The position numbers were made by a program, and so were the translations under genes. A stretch of 64,000 bases of DNA. Origin: an uncultured Chloroflexia bacterium. Its GTDB lineage: Bacteria > Chloroflexota > Limnocylindria > Limnocylindrales > CSP1-4. Positions 26,986 through 36,884 of the stretch are shown in pieces. Every line of letters begins with the position of its first letter. The stretch's first letter is position 1. Location of the stretch: the NCBI GenBank assembly GCA_963752475.1, contig CAVVYR010000006.1:799074-863073 (forward strand). The letters run 5' to 3'. The notes beneath the pieces are model-generated. The model was not told the DNA's origin, did not search any database, and worked only from the letters and a program-made list of their open reading frames with translations.

Positions 26986-28641
26986 CTACCACGCGGCCGC
27001 CGAGCCTTCTGCCCGCGGATCGGAACCGGCAGCGTAGGAGGCCACCGCACCGTCACTGTCGCGCACGACCTCGATGGCATGGGCGTGGCCCACCAACGAG
27101 GTCCACGGTTCTTGCAGCACGACGCGGTGACCCATCGCCGTGAGCGCCGCAGACACGCTGTCGTGGGCTCGCGATTCGAGCACGGTGAGCTCGGGTGGCC
27201 CGAACTGGCGCTCCATCATGGCTGCCCAGCGAGGCGCAGCCACGGCCGTGGCAACATCGGCGCCGCCGTCGACGACCGCGGACACGAACTGGGCGAAGAC
27301 CTGCGGCTGGATCTCACCGCCCATCGAGCCGTGGATCATCCACGGGCGTCCATCTCGCAGGAGCATGCCGGGCGCGAGCGTGTGGGTCGGTCGCTTGCCG
27401 GGGGCAAGGGCGTTCGGGTGGTCGGGGTCGAGACGGAAGAAGGCCCCGCGATCGTGGAAGGCGATGCCTGTGGCTGGATCGACCAGTCCGGAGCCGAAGC
27501 CCTGGTAGTTGGACTGGAGCAGGCTCACGGCGTTGCCCCACTGGTCGGTGGTCGCGAGATAGATGGTGCCGCCGGCGCGCGGCAGCGTGCCGGCGATCGG
27601 GTCCATCGGTCGGTCTGGGTCGATGCGGGCGGCCAGCCGGTCGATGTGCAGATCCGACAGCATCCGCTCGACCTCACCATCGGCCATGTACGCGATGTCG
27701 GTGACGTGAGCGTCGCGTTCGGCGAGTGCCAGCCGGGAAGCCTCGAGGCCGAGGTGGATCCAGCCGGCATCGGCCCATCCCCGCCCGTCCCACGCAGCCG
27801 GGCTCGGGGCCGCGAAGCGCGAGAGCAGGCCCAGTGTCTGGAGCGCCACGACACCGACGCTGTTGGGTGGATGGCTCAGCGAGGTCACACCGCGGTAGTC
27901 GATCGACAGCGGTGAGTCCCAGTCGCTCGCGTGGGCGGCGAGGTCATCGGCGCTGATGGGCGCGCCGCGGCGCTCGAAGTAGGACGCCGTGGACCGGGCG
28001 ATCGAGCCACTGTAGGGCGCGCTCGGCCCTTCGTCGGACAAGGCCCGCAGCGTCCGCTTCAGGGCGGGCAGCCGGAGGGTCTGGCCGGGGGTCGAGGCTC
28101 GATCAGGGGGCCGATACGTCGTGGCCCAGTCACCGTCCTCTCCGAACGCCGTGGCGCCCCGCTCGATGACATCGAGCCAGTAGGCCGATGCAGGAAAGCC
28201 GGAGGCCAGTTCGATAGCCGGTTCCAGCAGGGAGGCCCAGTCGAGGCGGCCGAAGCGGCGATGGGCCTCGCCCCAGGAGTCGACGGCGCCGGGCACGGTG
28301 ATCGACCAGGGGCCGCGTTCGGGGACGGCTGCGAAGCCGGCGGCGTGAGCAGCCTCGATGGTGGCACCGCTGCCAGCCCGTCCGCTGCCGTTGAGCGTGG
28401 CGGCCTCAGCGCTCGCCTCATCCCAGATGATCCAGAACGCATCGCCGCCCAGGCCGCAGCTGTGGCCGGCGACGACCGCGAGGGCGGCGTTGGTGGCGAT
28501 GGCGGCGTCGACGGCGCTACCGCCACCACGGAGGACGTGGAGTCCCGCCTGTGTGGCGAGGTGATGCGGGCTGGCGACGGCGCCGTGGCGTCCCCGGACC
28601 GGGCGAGCCGGTGTCGTCGCGAGGAGGTGAGGGTCGGTCAC
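26986..28641 (-). CDS. ggt: Gamma-glutamyltransferase family protein
   Basis: GGSAVDAAIA, GGDAF, VPG, nucleophile Thr (GGTIYL), GSMGG..QPQ, DPR. Confidence 0.92.
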   Translation of the reverse strand: MTDPHLLATTPARPVRGRHGAVASPHHLATQAGLHVLRGGGSAVDAAIATNAALAVVAGHSCGLGGDAFWIIWDEASAEAATLNGSGRAGSGATIEAAHAAGFAAVPERGPWSITVPGAVDSWGEAHRRFGRLDWASLLEPAIELASGFPASAYWLDVIERGATAFGEDGDWATTYRPPDRASTPGQTLRLPALKRTLRALSDEGPSAPYSGSIARSTASYFERRGAPISADDLAAHASDWDSPLSIDYRGVTSLSHPPNSVGVVALQTLGLLSRFAAPSPAAWDGRGWADAGWIHLGLEASRLALAERDAHVTDIAYMADGEVERMLSDLHIDRLAARIDPDRPMDPIAGTLPRAGGTIYLATTDQWGNAVSLLQSNYQGFGSGLVDPATGIAFHDRGAFFRLDPDHPNALAPGKRPTHTLAPGMLLRDGRPWMIHGSMGGEIQPQVFAQFVSAVVDGGADVATAVAAPRWAAMMERQFGPPELTVLESRAHDSVSAALTAMGHRVVLQEPWTSLVGHAHAIEVVRDSDGAVASYAAGSDPRAEGSAAAW

Positions 28642-28645
28642 ATCC

Positions 28646-30166
28646 TCATGATGCCGTGCCGGGCGTGTCCACGGCGGCCGCGGTCGCAGGCAGGGTCACC
28701 CCGACGCGGGCACCGTTGCCCTCGACGTTCTCAGCGAACGACTCACCGTGGAGCACTTCGGCCAGGTCACGCACGATCGCGAGCCCCAGCCCGGAGCCTG
28801 AGCCGGTACGTGACGGATCAGCACGATAGAAGCGATCGAACACGTGCGGCAGCGCGGTCTGGGAGATCCCGGGGCCGTCGTCGCTGACGGCCAGCGTGAC
28901 CGTTCGATCCCCAGTCGAGACCTCGACGGTGATGTGCCCACCTGGCGATGGGGCGTGCTTCAGGGCGTTCGCGATGATGTTGCCGAGGATGCGGTCGAGA
29001 GCATCCCGATCGGCTACGAGCCGTGTTCGTTCGGCGCCTTCGTCGACCCGAAGACGCTGTCCGTTCGCATCGGCCTCAGCGGCGAAGCGTTCCACGGCGG
29101 CCTGTGCGACCTCGAGGCTGTCGAGCGACTCGAGATGCAGCGATGGACCGGCCACACCAGGGACCGTCAGATGATCGAGGTCATCGAGCATGCGACCCAG
29201 GCGGTCGGTCTCGTCGGAGATCGCGCCCGCCGCGCGCACCGCATCGTTGCCGGAGGCAGTGCCGTCCTTGAGCGCCTCGGAGAATCCACCGATGACCGTG
29301 AGCGGGGTGCGGAGGTCATGGCGGATATCCGCGAGCAACTGACGCTGTGCCTCGCGGGTCGCTCCGACCTCATGGGCCATGGTGTTGAAGGCCTCGCTGG
29401 CTTCGGCGACCTCGATGGGTCCGGTGACGGGTAGCGGTTCGGGCACGTTGCCCTTGGCTACATCGCTGGTGGCGGCGGAGAGCCGCCGGAGTGGACCGGT
29501 GACCGAGCGGCCGAGCCCGATGGCCAGCGGGATGCCGGTGACGACGAGGATGAGCCCGGCGACCGCCAGCGACCGCACGAGGTCGGCGGTGGCCTTCTCG
29601 CTCGAATCGTCCTCGAGCGCGAGCATGAGGAACGGAGCGGTCTGTCGACGGCCTTGCGCGGGTCCCTGCCCGACGATCGGCGTGGTGGCAAAGAGCACCT
29701 CACCGACACCTTCGATCTCCGTCGTACCCGTGGCGACCTGGCCGCGCTCCAGGTCGCTCTCGAGCTGGGGTACCTGCTTGAGGCGTGACGCGCCACCCTC
29801 CGCGGGGTTGAAGATGATGGAGCTATCGCCGGCGGTGAAGATGACCGAGACGTCGGTGTCGGCGATGTTCTCGCGGAACGACTCCCGGAACTCGATGAGC
29901 TCTTCGGTGAACTCCTCTCCATCGAGGTTCTGCTCCAGGCGCTCGATGAGGTTGGACTCGCCGGGCTGGCGCGGTCGCAGCACCCCCGGTGGCAGTGCGC
30001 TTCGGGCCGCGGCCGAGTAGGGCACGGTCAGCTCAGTGAGCGCGCCGATGGTCGCGTCCTGGTGTAGCCCGCGTAGCACGAACCAGAGCGACCCTCCGAC
30101 GGCCAGCAGGGTCGCGAGCGCGAATACGAGCAGGACGAGACCGATGCGCCCGCTGAGTGTCCTCAA
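28646..30166 (-). CDS. HAMP-domain sensor histidine kinase
   Basis: Two TM helices, HAMP, HDLRTPL, N box, DDGPG, FDRFYR, GSGLGL. Confidence 0.93.
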   Translation of the reverse strand: MRTLSGRIGLVLLVFALATLLAVGGSLWFVLRGLHQDATIGALTELTVPYSAAARSALPPGVLRPRQPGESNLIERLEQNLDGEEFTEELIEFRESFRENIADTDVSVIFTAGDSSIIFNPAEGGASRLKQVPQLESDLERGQVATGTTEIEGVGEVLFATTPIVGQGPAQGRRQTAPFLMLALEDDSSEKATADLVRSLAVAGLILVVTGIPLAIGLGRSVTGPLRRLSAATSDVAKGNVPEPLPVTGPIEVAEASEAFNTMAHEVGATREAQRQLLADIRHDLRTPLTVIGGFSEALKDGTASGNDAVRAAGAISDETDRLGRMLDDLDHLTVPGVAGPSLHLESLDSLEVAQAAVERFAAEADANGQRLRVDEGAERTRLVADRDALDRILGNIIANALKHAPSPGGHITVEVSTGDRTVTLAVSDDGPGISQTALPHVFDRFYRADPSRTGSGSGLGLAIVRDLAEVLHGESFAENVEGNGARVGVTLPATAAAVDTPGTAS

Positions 30167-30852
30167 CCGTGTCGTACGCGCGGAGGCGGCACGAGGCGAT
30201 AGCCCACACCCTTGACCGTCTCGATCGGCGGTGCGTCCTCACCCAGCTTGCGTCGAAGCTCGGAGATGTGGACGTCGACCGTGCGCGTCTCTCCTGGGAA
30301 GTCGGTGCCCCAGACCGACGAAAGCAGGTCGTCCCGGCTCCAGACGACGCCCGGGTCGCGAGCGAGGGCAGCCAGCAGGTCGAACTCCCGAGGACGCAGG
30401 CCCAGGCGCCGCTCACCGACATACGCCTCGCGACGCCGTGGGTCCACGCGGAGCTTGCCCACGTCCATGGGCCGGGTGCCACGCATCGAGGGGTCGGACC
30501 GGCGCAGGATGGCCTTGACTCGGGCGACCATCTCGCGCGGGTTGAAGGGCTTGGTCAGGTAGTCGTCCGCGCCCAGCTCCAGCCCGACGATGCGGTCGAT
30601 GTCCTCGCTGCGGGCCGTCAGCATGAGGATCGGCGTCTCGCCACGGCGGCGAACCTCGCGCGTGACCTCGGTGCCATCCATCTTGGGCATCATCAGGTCG
30701 AGCACGATGAGGTCGGGATCGACGCGGTCGTGCTGTTGGAGCGCCTCCTCGCCGTCCCGCGCCTCCACGACGTTGTAGCCGGCCTGCTCGAGGTAGAGGC
30801 GGACCAACTCGATGATGTTGCGTTCGTCGTCGACGACGAGGATGGTCTTCAC
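30163..30852 (-). CDS. OmpR/PhoB-family response regulator
   Basis: VVDD, DLMMP, GADDY.TKPF, RTVDVHI. Confidence 0.95.
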   Translation of the reverse strand: MKTILVVDDERNIIELVRLYLEQAGYNVVEARDGEEALQQHDRVDPDLIVLDLMMPKMDGTEVTREVRRRGETPILMLTARSEDIDRIVGLELGADDYLTKPFNPREMVARVKAILRRSDPSMRGTRPMDVGKLRVDPRRREAYVGERRLGLRPREFDLLAALARDPGVVWSRDDLLSSVWGTDFPGETRTVDVHISELRRKLGEDAPPIETVKGVGYRLVPPPRVRHG

Positions 30853-31051
30853 GCGCGCCAGCATAGCCGCGTGGTCGACCCTCAGGCCCGCGCCCGATGT
30901 CAGGGCCACGTAAGGCCAGTGCGCACGGTGCATGTGGGGATGGTGCCGCCAGCATCGGGTGTGCCGGCCTTGTTCGCGTCGTTGAGCCGGGCGATCATCA
31001 CCTCACCGTCGCGCGTGGCACCGCGACATGGAGGCGCGCTAGGCTCGATAG

Positions 31052-31879
31052 ATGAGTAGCGAACGATTGGTCGCGGCGGAAGCCTGGGCCGAACGGGTGC
31101 GAGCGGCACGGACACAGATCGACCGGTCACGCGAGACCGACGAGCCACAGGACCTCTACCGGCATTGGGCGACACGCTTCGCGGCTGATCCGCGTGGAGC
31201 GAGCGACCCCACGCGCGACGTGCTGCTATCGATGGCTCGGCGGGACGATACGTGGCTGGACATCGGCGCCGGTGGGGGACGTTACTCGCTCCCAGTCGCC
31301 TCGGCCGTCCGATGGGTGGTCGCGGTGGAGCCGTCTCCCTCGATGCTGGAGGTCCTGCGTGCAGGCATCGCCGATCAAGGCATCCACAACATCGAGGTCG
31401 TCGAGGACAGGTGGCCCACCCGCAAGCCGCTGACCGCTGACATCGCGCTGATGGCCCACGTCGGCTACGACATCGAGACGTTCGGTGGCACGTTCCTGGA
31501 TGCTGTGGAGGACGCGGTGCGCCGATGTGTGGTCATCATGCGCACGAGTGGCGCCAGCCGTGCCAATGAGCTGCTCTGGCCGGAGATCCACGGCGAGCCG
31601 CGCCAGACCTATCCGATGTTGCCGGAGTTCCTCGAGCTGCTGGCGGCGCGCGGGGTCTCGCCGACCGTTGCGCACGTCGACCGCGGTTCCTGGGGGTACG
31701 AATCGCGTGAGCAGATGCTGGCGGCACTGCGGCGCCTGCTCTATCTGCGACCGGGTTCGGCCAAGGACCAACTGCTGGCACGGCTGATCGCCCAACGAGC
31801 GACCGAGCACGATGGCGGGTGGGAGATCGATCGGACCCCGATACAGGACGGCGTCGTGACCTGGGACGTGCCGGTCTGA
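31052..31879 (+). CDS. Class I SAM-dependent methyltransferase
   Basis: LDIGAGGG, VEPS motifs. Confidence 0.85.
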   Translation: MSSERLVAAEAWAERVRAARTQIDRSRETDEPQDLYRHWATRFAADPRGASDPTRDVLLSMARRDDTWLDIGAGGGRYSLPVASAVRWVVAVEPSPSMLEVLRAGIADQGIHNIEVVEDRWPTRKPLTADIALMAHVGYDIETFGGTFLDAVEDAVRRCVVIMRTSGASRANELLWPEIHGEPRQTYPMLPEFLELLAARGVSPTVAHVDRGSWGYESREQMLAALRRLLYLRPGSAKDQLLARLIAQRATEHDGGWEIDRTPIQDGVVTWDVPV

Positions 31880-32159
31880 TGGCCTTGCCGCTGAACGGGC
31901 GAATACGACCCGTCGACAGCCGCGATCGGTACACGTGTGCAGGATCGTGTCGCTGGGCGGTCAGGACTGACGAAGCCGCTCGCGTTGCGACAGAGCCCTG
32001 AAGCGAAGAGGCTCGGAACGGACTGGGCTGTGACCGACACGTCAGGCTCGCCCGTTCGACGACGACGAGGGACGACCACGGGTGGTGACCTGCGTCTCGC
32101 CCCTTCGCTGAGGTGCGGTCGAAGGCACGCTGCCCGGGCTACAGCGCCCGATGCTGGAC

Positions 32160-32912
32160 CTAGCCGACCGCCGCTCCCGGCTCCGGACTCAGGACCTCCA
32201 CGTCGCCGAGACCGAGATGCTCCAACTCCTCGCGCAGCTGATCGGGCGTGCCGGCGAGCGCCGGGAAGGTGCCGTAGTGGATGGGCACGACGACGGCGCA
32301 CCCGAGCAGCTCGACGGCCCGGGCCGCGGCCGGCGGGTCCATCGTGAAATGGCCGCCGATGGGCAGGAAGGCCACGTCGGGCCGGTGCATCTCGTTGATG
32401 AGACGCATGTCGCCGAAGAGCGCCGTGTCGCCAGCATGGTAGAGAGAGCGCCCGTTCTCGAGCTCGATCACGAACCCCACGGGCTCACCCAGGTACAGCG
32501 GCAGACCGGTGTCGTCGACGAAGTCGCCGGCGGAGTGGTCAGCCGCGACCATCGACACGCGAACCCCGGCGACCTCGACGGTCCCGCCCTTGTTCATGCC
32601 CACGATCTCGGCCCCGGTCTCCTGCGCGCCCAACCACAGGCTCAGCTCATGGATGGCTGGCCAGGCCGGCTGCGTGCGCCGGGCGATCGTCAGCGAGTCG
32701 GCGTTCGCGATGTCGCCGGGCATGGCGCCGAGGTGATCGTGGTGGCCGTGCGTCACGAGCATCACGTCGCAGCGCTCGATGACCTGAGGGCCGGCGGGCG
32801 CGAGGGGATGCCCGAACCAGGGGTCGATGAGGATACTCGTGCCGGCCTCGCTCTCGACGTGCACGGTCGCGTGGCCGTACCAGGTGAAACGGAAGCCCAG
32901 GTCCTCGCTCAT
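32160..32912 (-). CDS. UPF0173-type metal-dependent hydrolase (MBL fold)
   Basis: WYGHA, IDPW, THGHHDH, YHAGDT, LPIGG.FTM, PIHYGTF. Confidence 0.9.
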   Translation of the reverse strand: MSEDLGFRFTWYGHATVHVESEAGTSILIDPWFGHPLAPAGPQVIERCDVMLVTHGHHDHLGAMPGDIANADSLTIARRTQPAWPAIHELSLWLGAQETGAEIVGMNKGGTVEVAGVRVSMVAADHSAGDFVDDTGLPLYLGEPVGFVIELENGRSLYHAGDTALFGDMRLINEMHRPDVAFLPIGGHFTMDPPAAARAVELLGCAVVVPIHYGTFPALAGTPDQLREELEHLGLGDVEVLSPEPGAAVG

Positions 32913-32995
32913 CGGTCTCCTCCAGTCGTCCGTACGGGTGTACACGCATCCTAGCCACTCGAGAGGGCTGGCGACCCCCGCGTATGCTGGCTCAC

Positions 32996-33634
32996 ATGAA
33001 GGTGCTCGAGATGACCACCGGGCCGGTGGGCACGAACGTCTACGTCCTTGGTGATGTGCGCACGCAGGAGGCCATCGCCATCGACACCGCGACACCCTCG
33101 GTCCGCTGGCTGACCCAGCAGCTGGCCGATGAGGGCTGGGACCTGCGCATGATCATCAGCACGCACCGGCACTGGGATCACATCGGCGACAACGCAGAAG
33201 CCGTCATCGCGACCGGGGCCGCCCTGGCGGTCCACACCGCCGATCGCCATGGCCTCGAGGAGCCGGACGCGCAGTCGGCGCCATTCCCCATCCTGCCGAG
33301 CGTTCCCGCGCTGGACCTCGAAGAAGGCTCACGCATCCGCTTCGGAGACATCGATCTGCAGGTACTGCACACGCCGGGCCACACCGAAGGTTCGGTCTGT
33401 CTGCTCAGTCACGAGGAGCGGGTGTTGCTGTCGGGCGACACGCTCTTTGCCGGCGCCTGGGGCCGCACCGACCTGCCGGGCGGGGACCACGTCGCGATGA
33501 TCGAATCGCTCTCACGCCTCGCCACCCTGGAGGACGGACTGACGGTCTTGCCGGGCCACGGCCCGCAGACGACCATCGGGCGCGAGAAGGCGTGGCTGCA
33601 GATGGTGGCGCAGGACCAGAAGCTGCCGTTCTAG
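32996..33634 (+). CDS. MBL-fold hydrolase (glyoxalase II/YcbL-like)
   Basis: THRHWDHIG, HTPGH, SGDTLF, GRTDLPGG, PGHG. Confidence 0.9.
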   Translation: MKVLEMTTGPVGTNVYVLGDVRTQEAIAIDTATPSVRWLTQQLADEGWDLRMIISTHRHWDHIGDNAEAVIATGAALAVHTADRHGLEEPDAQSAPFPILPSVPALDLEEGSRIRFGDIDLQVLHTPGHTEGSVCLLSHEERVLLSGDTLFAGAWGRTDLPGGDHVAMIESLSRLATLEDGLTVLPGHGPQTTIGREKAWLQMVAQDQKLPF

Positions 33635-33835
33635 GCGAAGCGGCCGGACGACTCCGAGTCGAGCGAGTAGGTGCGCTGCGTGGCGAAGCCCTTGACCTCG
33701 ACCTCGTCCAGGTCGGTGCCGGCAGGTCTGACACGTCCAAGTAGGCGTCGCCCATCGTCTTGAGGCGCTAGCGGTCGGAGCTCTCCCGGATGCGGTCGAA
33801 GGCACCGAAGATGTCGTTCAGCTCCGCGATCGGTC
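33631..33835 (-). pseudogene. Remnant of a class III adenylate/guanylate cyclase
   Basis: ELNDIFGAFDRI...R*RLKTMGDAYL.V..LP joined, in another frame, to EVEVKGF...TYSL; in-frame TAG at 33768-33770. Confidence 0.65.
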
Positions 33836-33854
33836 AGGTGTGTGCGCGACCCGG

Positions 33855-34862
33855 CTACGGCAATGGCCTGCGCCACTCCGAAGCGACCCGGTCGGCCACG
33901 AACCCGTGCCGCTCGTAGAGCGTGAAGGCCTCGTGGGGGTTCTCGCTGTCGACATCGAGCTGGGCCGAGGTCATGCCCTTGTCTCGCAGCACGACGAGCG
34001 CCCGACCGAGCAGGGCCGAGGCCAGCCCACGTCGCCGCCATGGTCGACGGACCCAGATGGGGTCGGTCCAGCCTCGCTCGTAACCCTGTTGCTCGTTTTC
34101 GGCCTGATGGATCTCGGCGTGCACGGCACCGGCGATGTGGTCGCCGTCGAAGGCGGCCACGATGAGCTCCTGACGGGTGCTGGGGTTGTCCAGCCACTCG
34201 CGGTAGCCGGCTTCGCTGGAATCGAACGTGCCATGGTGGTCGCGGAAGGCCTCGATGCCGCCATCGAAGACGACGCGCAGGAGCTCATCGGTGATGGGAC
34301 GGATCTGGAGGCCTCCGGGGAGCGCAGGCAACTCGATGTCATCGAGTGTCGCTCGGGTCATGTGCTGGTAGACGCGCGTACGGCTGTAGTCGAAGCGCTC
34401 GGCGAGGGCCCTACCGCCGGCATCACCACCACGCACGACCGGTACCACCAGGGCCCGCTCGCCATCGAAGGCTTGCGCTGCAGCGAGGGCGGTGAGGCGG
34501 TCGACGTTCCGCTGCCACATGGCGGTGCCGATCCCGCGCCGGCGCCAGTCGGGGTGGACGTCACCCCAGTGCTGGTACTGCCGCTGGCTGCCGTCCGGGG
34601 TGTCCATCCAGTCGAGGTAGGAGCGAGCGACGAGCTGGTCACCGACGAAGCCGAGGACCATGTCTTCCTCGGGCCTCACGCGATCGCGATGGGCCGCGTG
34701 CACGGCCATCTCATCGACGCTGATGCCGACCTGCTCGCCGTAGGCGTCATAGGCTGCGCGGAGGAGCCTGACGATAGCCGGGAGGTCGCCCTCGCCGCGG
34801 TATGTGCGGAAGGTGAGGCCGTCGATGGCCGGCCCAACGGGCAGCAAGGTCTCGCTCGTCAT
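33855..34862 (-). CDS. Tandem-GNAT acetyltransferase (MshD-like), paralog 4
   Basis: VHPDWRRRGIG and VRRPWRRRGLA acetyl-CoA motifs, LDVDSEN..A..LY. Confidence 0.9.
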   Translation of the reverse strand: MTSETLLPVGPAIDGLTFRTYRGEGDLPAIVRLLRAAYDAYGEQVGISVDEMAVHAAHRDRVRPEEDMVLGFVGDQLVARSYLDWMDTPDGSQRQYQHWGDVHPDWRRRGIGTAMWQRNVDRLTALAAAQAFDGERALVVPVVRGGDAGGRALAERFDYSRTRVYQHMTRATLDDIELPALPGGLQIRPITDELLRVVFDGGIEAFRDHHGTFDSSEAGYREWLDNPSTRQELIVAAFDGDHIAGAVHAEIHQAENEQQGYERGWTDPIWVRRPWRRRGLASALLGRALVVLRDKGMTSAQLDVDSENPHEAFTLYERHGFVADRVASEWRRPLP

Positions 34863-35881
34863 GCCAGCACCAGCGGCTTGTGCCACTCGGTGGCGACCCG
34901 GTCGCTGGCGAAGCCGTGGCGTTCGTAGAGCGTGAGGGCCTGGTTCTCGTTCTCGGTATCGACCTCCAGCTGGGCCGAAGTCATGCCCACCTCGCGGAGG
35001 CGGACCAAGGCCCGGCCGAGCAGTGCCGAAGCCAGCCCGCGGCGACGCCACGGCCGACGCACGTAGACCGGATCCGTCCAGCCACGGAGGTAGCCGTTGG
35101 CCTCGTTCTCCTCGGGCACGACGGAAGCGTGGACCCCGCCGGCGATCTCGTCAGCGTCGTAGGCGATCACGAGGAGAGACCGGTCAAGGGTGGGGTCTTC
35201 GATCCACCGCCGATAGCTTTGCTCGCCCGAGTCCCAGGCACCGAAGTGATCGCGGAACGCCTCGGTGACCGCGCCCCATACCTCGGGCAGGTCGGCCTCG
35301 GTAGCGCTTCGCAGTTCCAGCCCGGATGGCAGCGCCGGTACCTCGATGTCATCGAGCGTGGGGCGGGTCATGTGGTGGTAGACACGCACTTGCCGGTATC
35401 CGAACCGCTCAGCGAGGACCGCCCCACCGGCGTCACGTCCTCGCAGCCACGGCACCGTGAGGTAGCACGATCCATCGAACGCGCGGTCGGCTGCGATGGC
35501 CGTCAGTCGGTCGATGGCGTATGACCACAGGCAGCTACCGATCCCACGCCGTCGCCACTCAGGGTGCACGTCTCCCCAGGTCTCGTAATGGCGCGAGCCA
35601 CCATCCGGGGTGTCCGCCCACTCGACCATGGAGCGGGCCACTAGCAGATCGCCTACGAACCCGAGCATCAGGTCGCGCGTCGGGTCGATGTGGGGCGAGT
35701 TGCGGAGCTCGACGCGCATCTCGCCGACGCTGGCGCCGGATGTGTCGCCGTTGGCCACGAAGCTGGCGTTCATCAGCGCCACCAGGGCCGGCAGGTCCTC
35801 CTCGCCGCGATAGGGTCGGATGTGGAAGCCCGGGATATCGGGCAGCTTCGGTGGCGGTGGGGCGGTGGGCACGTCAGCCAT
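34859..35881 (-). CDS. Tandem-GNAT acetyltransferase, paralog 3
   Basis: Same two GNAT motifs; its stop overlaps the start of paralog 4 (ATGA). Confidence 0.9.
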   Translation of the reverse strand: MADVPTAPPPPKLPDIPGFHIRPYRGEEDLPALVALMNASFVANGDTSGASVGEMRVELRNSPHIDPTRDLMLGFVGDLLVARSMVEWADTPDGGSRHYETWGDVHPEWRRRGIGSCLWSYAIDRLTAIAADRAFDGSCYLTVPWLRGRDAGGAVLAERFGYRQVRVYHHMTRPTLDDIEVPALPSGLELRSATEADLPEVWGAVTEAFRDHFGAWDSGEQSYRRWIEDPTLDRSLLVIAYDADEIAGGVHASVVPEENEANGYLRGWTDPVYVRRPWRRRGLASALLGRALVRLREVGMTSAQLEVDTENENQALTLYERHGFASDRVATEWHKPLVLA

Positions 35882-36884
35882 GCAGTCCCCCTAGCGGCTT
35901 GTGCCATTCGGTCTCGGTAAAGGTCGAATCGAAGCGGTGTTTGCGATAGAGCGTCAGAGCGTCGTTGGGGTTCTCCGTGTCGACACCCAGCTGGGCTGAG
36001 GTCATGCCCCAATCGCGGAGCACGACGAGCGCACGGCCGAGGCAGGCGAAGGCCAGACCCCGACGACGCCACGCGCGGCGAGTGAAGACCGGATCGGTCC
36101 ACCCGCGCAGGTAGCCGCGGGCCTCGTTCTCGCCGGGTGTGACGGCCGCTTGCACGCCGGCCGCCACCTCGTCGCCGTCGAAGGCCACGATCATGCCCTC
36201 GGGGTTCATGCGCGGGCTCTTGATCCAGCCCTGGAACGAGGTCTCCGAGGTGTCCATGGCCCCGAAGTGGTCCCGGAACGCCTCGGACATGCCGTCCCAG
36301 ACCTTGCGCAGCTCCTCCCGTGTCACCGCGCGGATGACGATGCCCTCAGGCGGCTCCGGGGTCTCGATATCGGCGAGATCCGGGCGGACCATGTAGTGGT
36401 ACGTGCGCACGTTGCGATAGCCGTTTGCCTCCATCAGCTTGCGTGCACCGAGGTCCGGGCCGTCGGTCCAGGTGACGAGGAGGGGCGGCGCGGAATGCTG
36501 GTGCCAGCGGGCGATCTCCCTCAGGCGAGCTTCTGTCCGGGGCAGGAGCGCCGAGCCCAGGCCGCGCCGTCGCCAGTCCGGGTGCACGAAACCGTACGTC
36601 TGGTAGTGGCGCATGCCCTCGTTGGCATCCTCGAAGGTGGCGTACGAGACCGACACCAGCTCATCGCCCACGAACCCCAGGACCAGGTCCTCGCGCGGGT
36701 CGGTGCTCGCGGAGTGCGTCAGTTCATTGAGGATCAGCTCCTCGGGCTGGAACTCGGGGTTGGCATTGGCCTCGGTAGCAGCGTTCATGACGCGGGCCAT
36801 GGCCGGCACATCGGCCTCACCCGCGTAGGTCCGGAAGTGGAGGCCCGGGATGTCGGGCGCGCCGGGGACGACGATGGCGGTCAT
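35874..36884 (-). CDS. Tandem-GNAT acetyltransferase, paralog 2
   Basis: VHPDWRRRGLG, FTRRAWRRRGLA, LGVDTEN. Confidence 0.9.
   Translation of the reverse strand: MTAIVVPGAPDIPGLHFRTYAGEADVPAMARVMNAATEANANPEFQPEELILNELTHSASTDPREDLVLGFVGDELVSVSYATFEDANEGMRHYQTYGFVHPDWRRRGLGSALLPRTEARLREIARWHQHSAPPLLVTWTDGPDLGARKLMEANGYRNVRTYHYMVRPDLADIETPEPPEGIVIRAVTREELRKVWDGMSEAFRDHFGAMDTSETSFQGWIKSPRMNPEGMIVAFDGDEVAAGVQAAVTPGENEARGYLRGWTDPVFTRRAWRRRGLAFACLGRALVVLRDWGMTSAQLGVDTENPNDALTLYRKHRFDSTFTETEWHKPLGGLHG

Noticed and set aside
31959-31980. GTCAGGACTGACGAAGCCGC as SRP RNA domain IV
   Set aside because: It lacks the GNRA-closed stem and the AGCAG consensus; the resemblance is too weak to call ffs.
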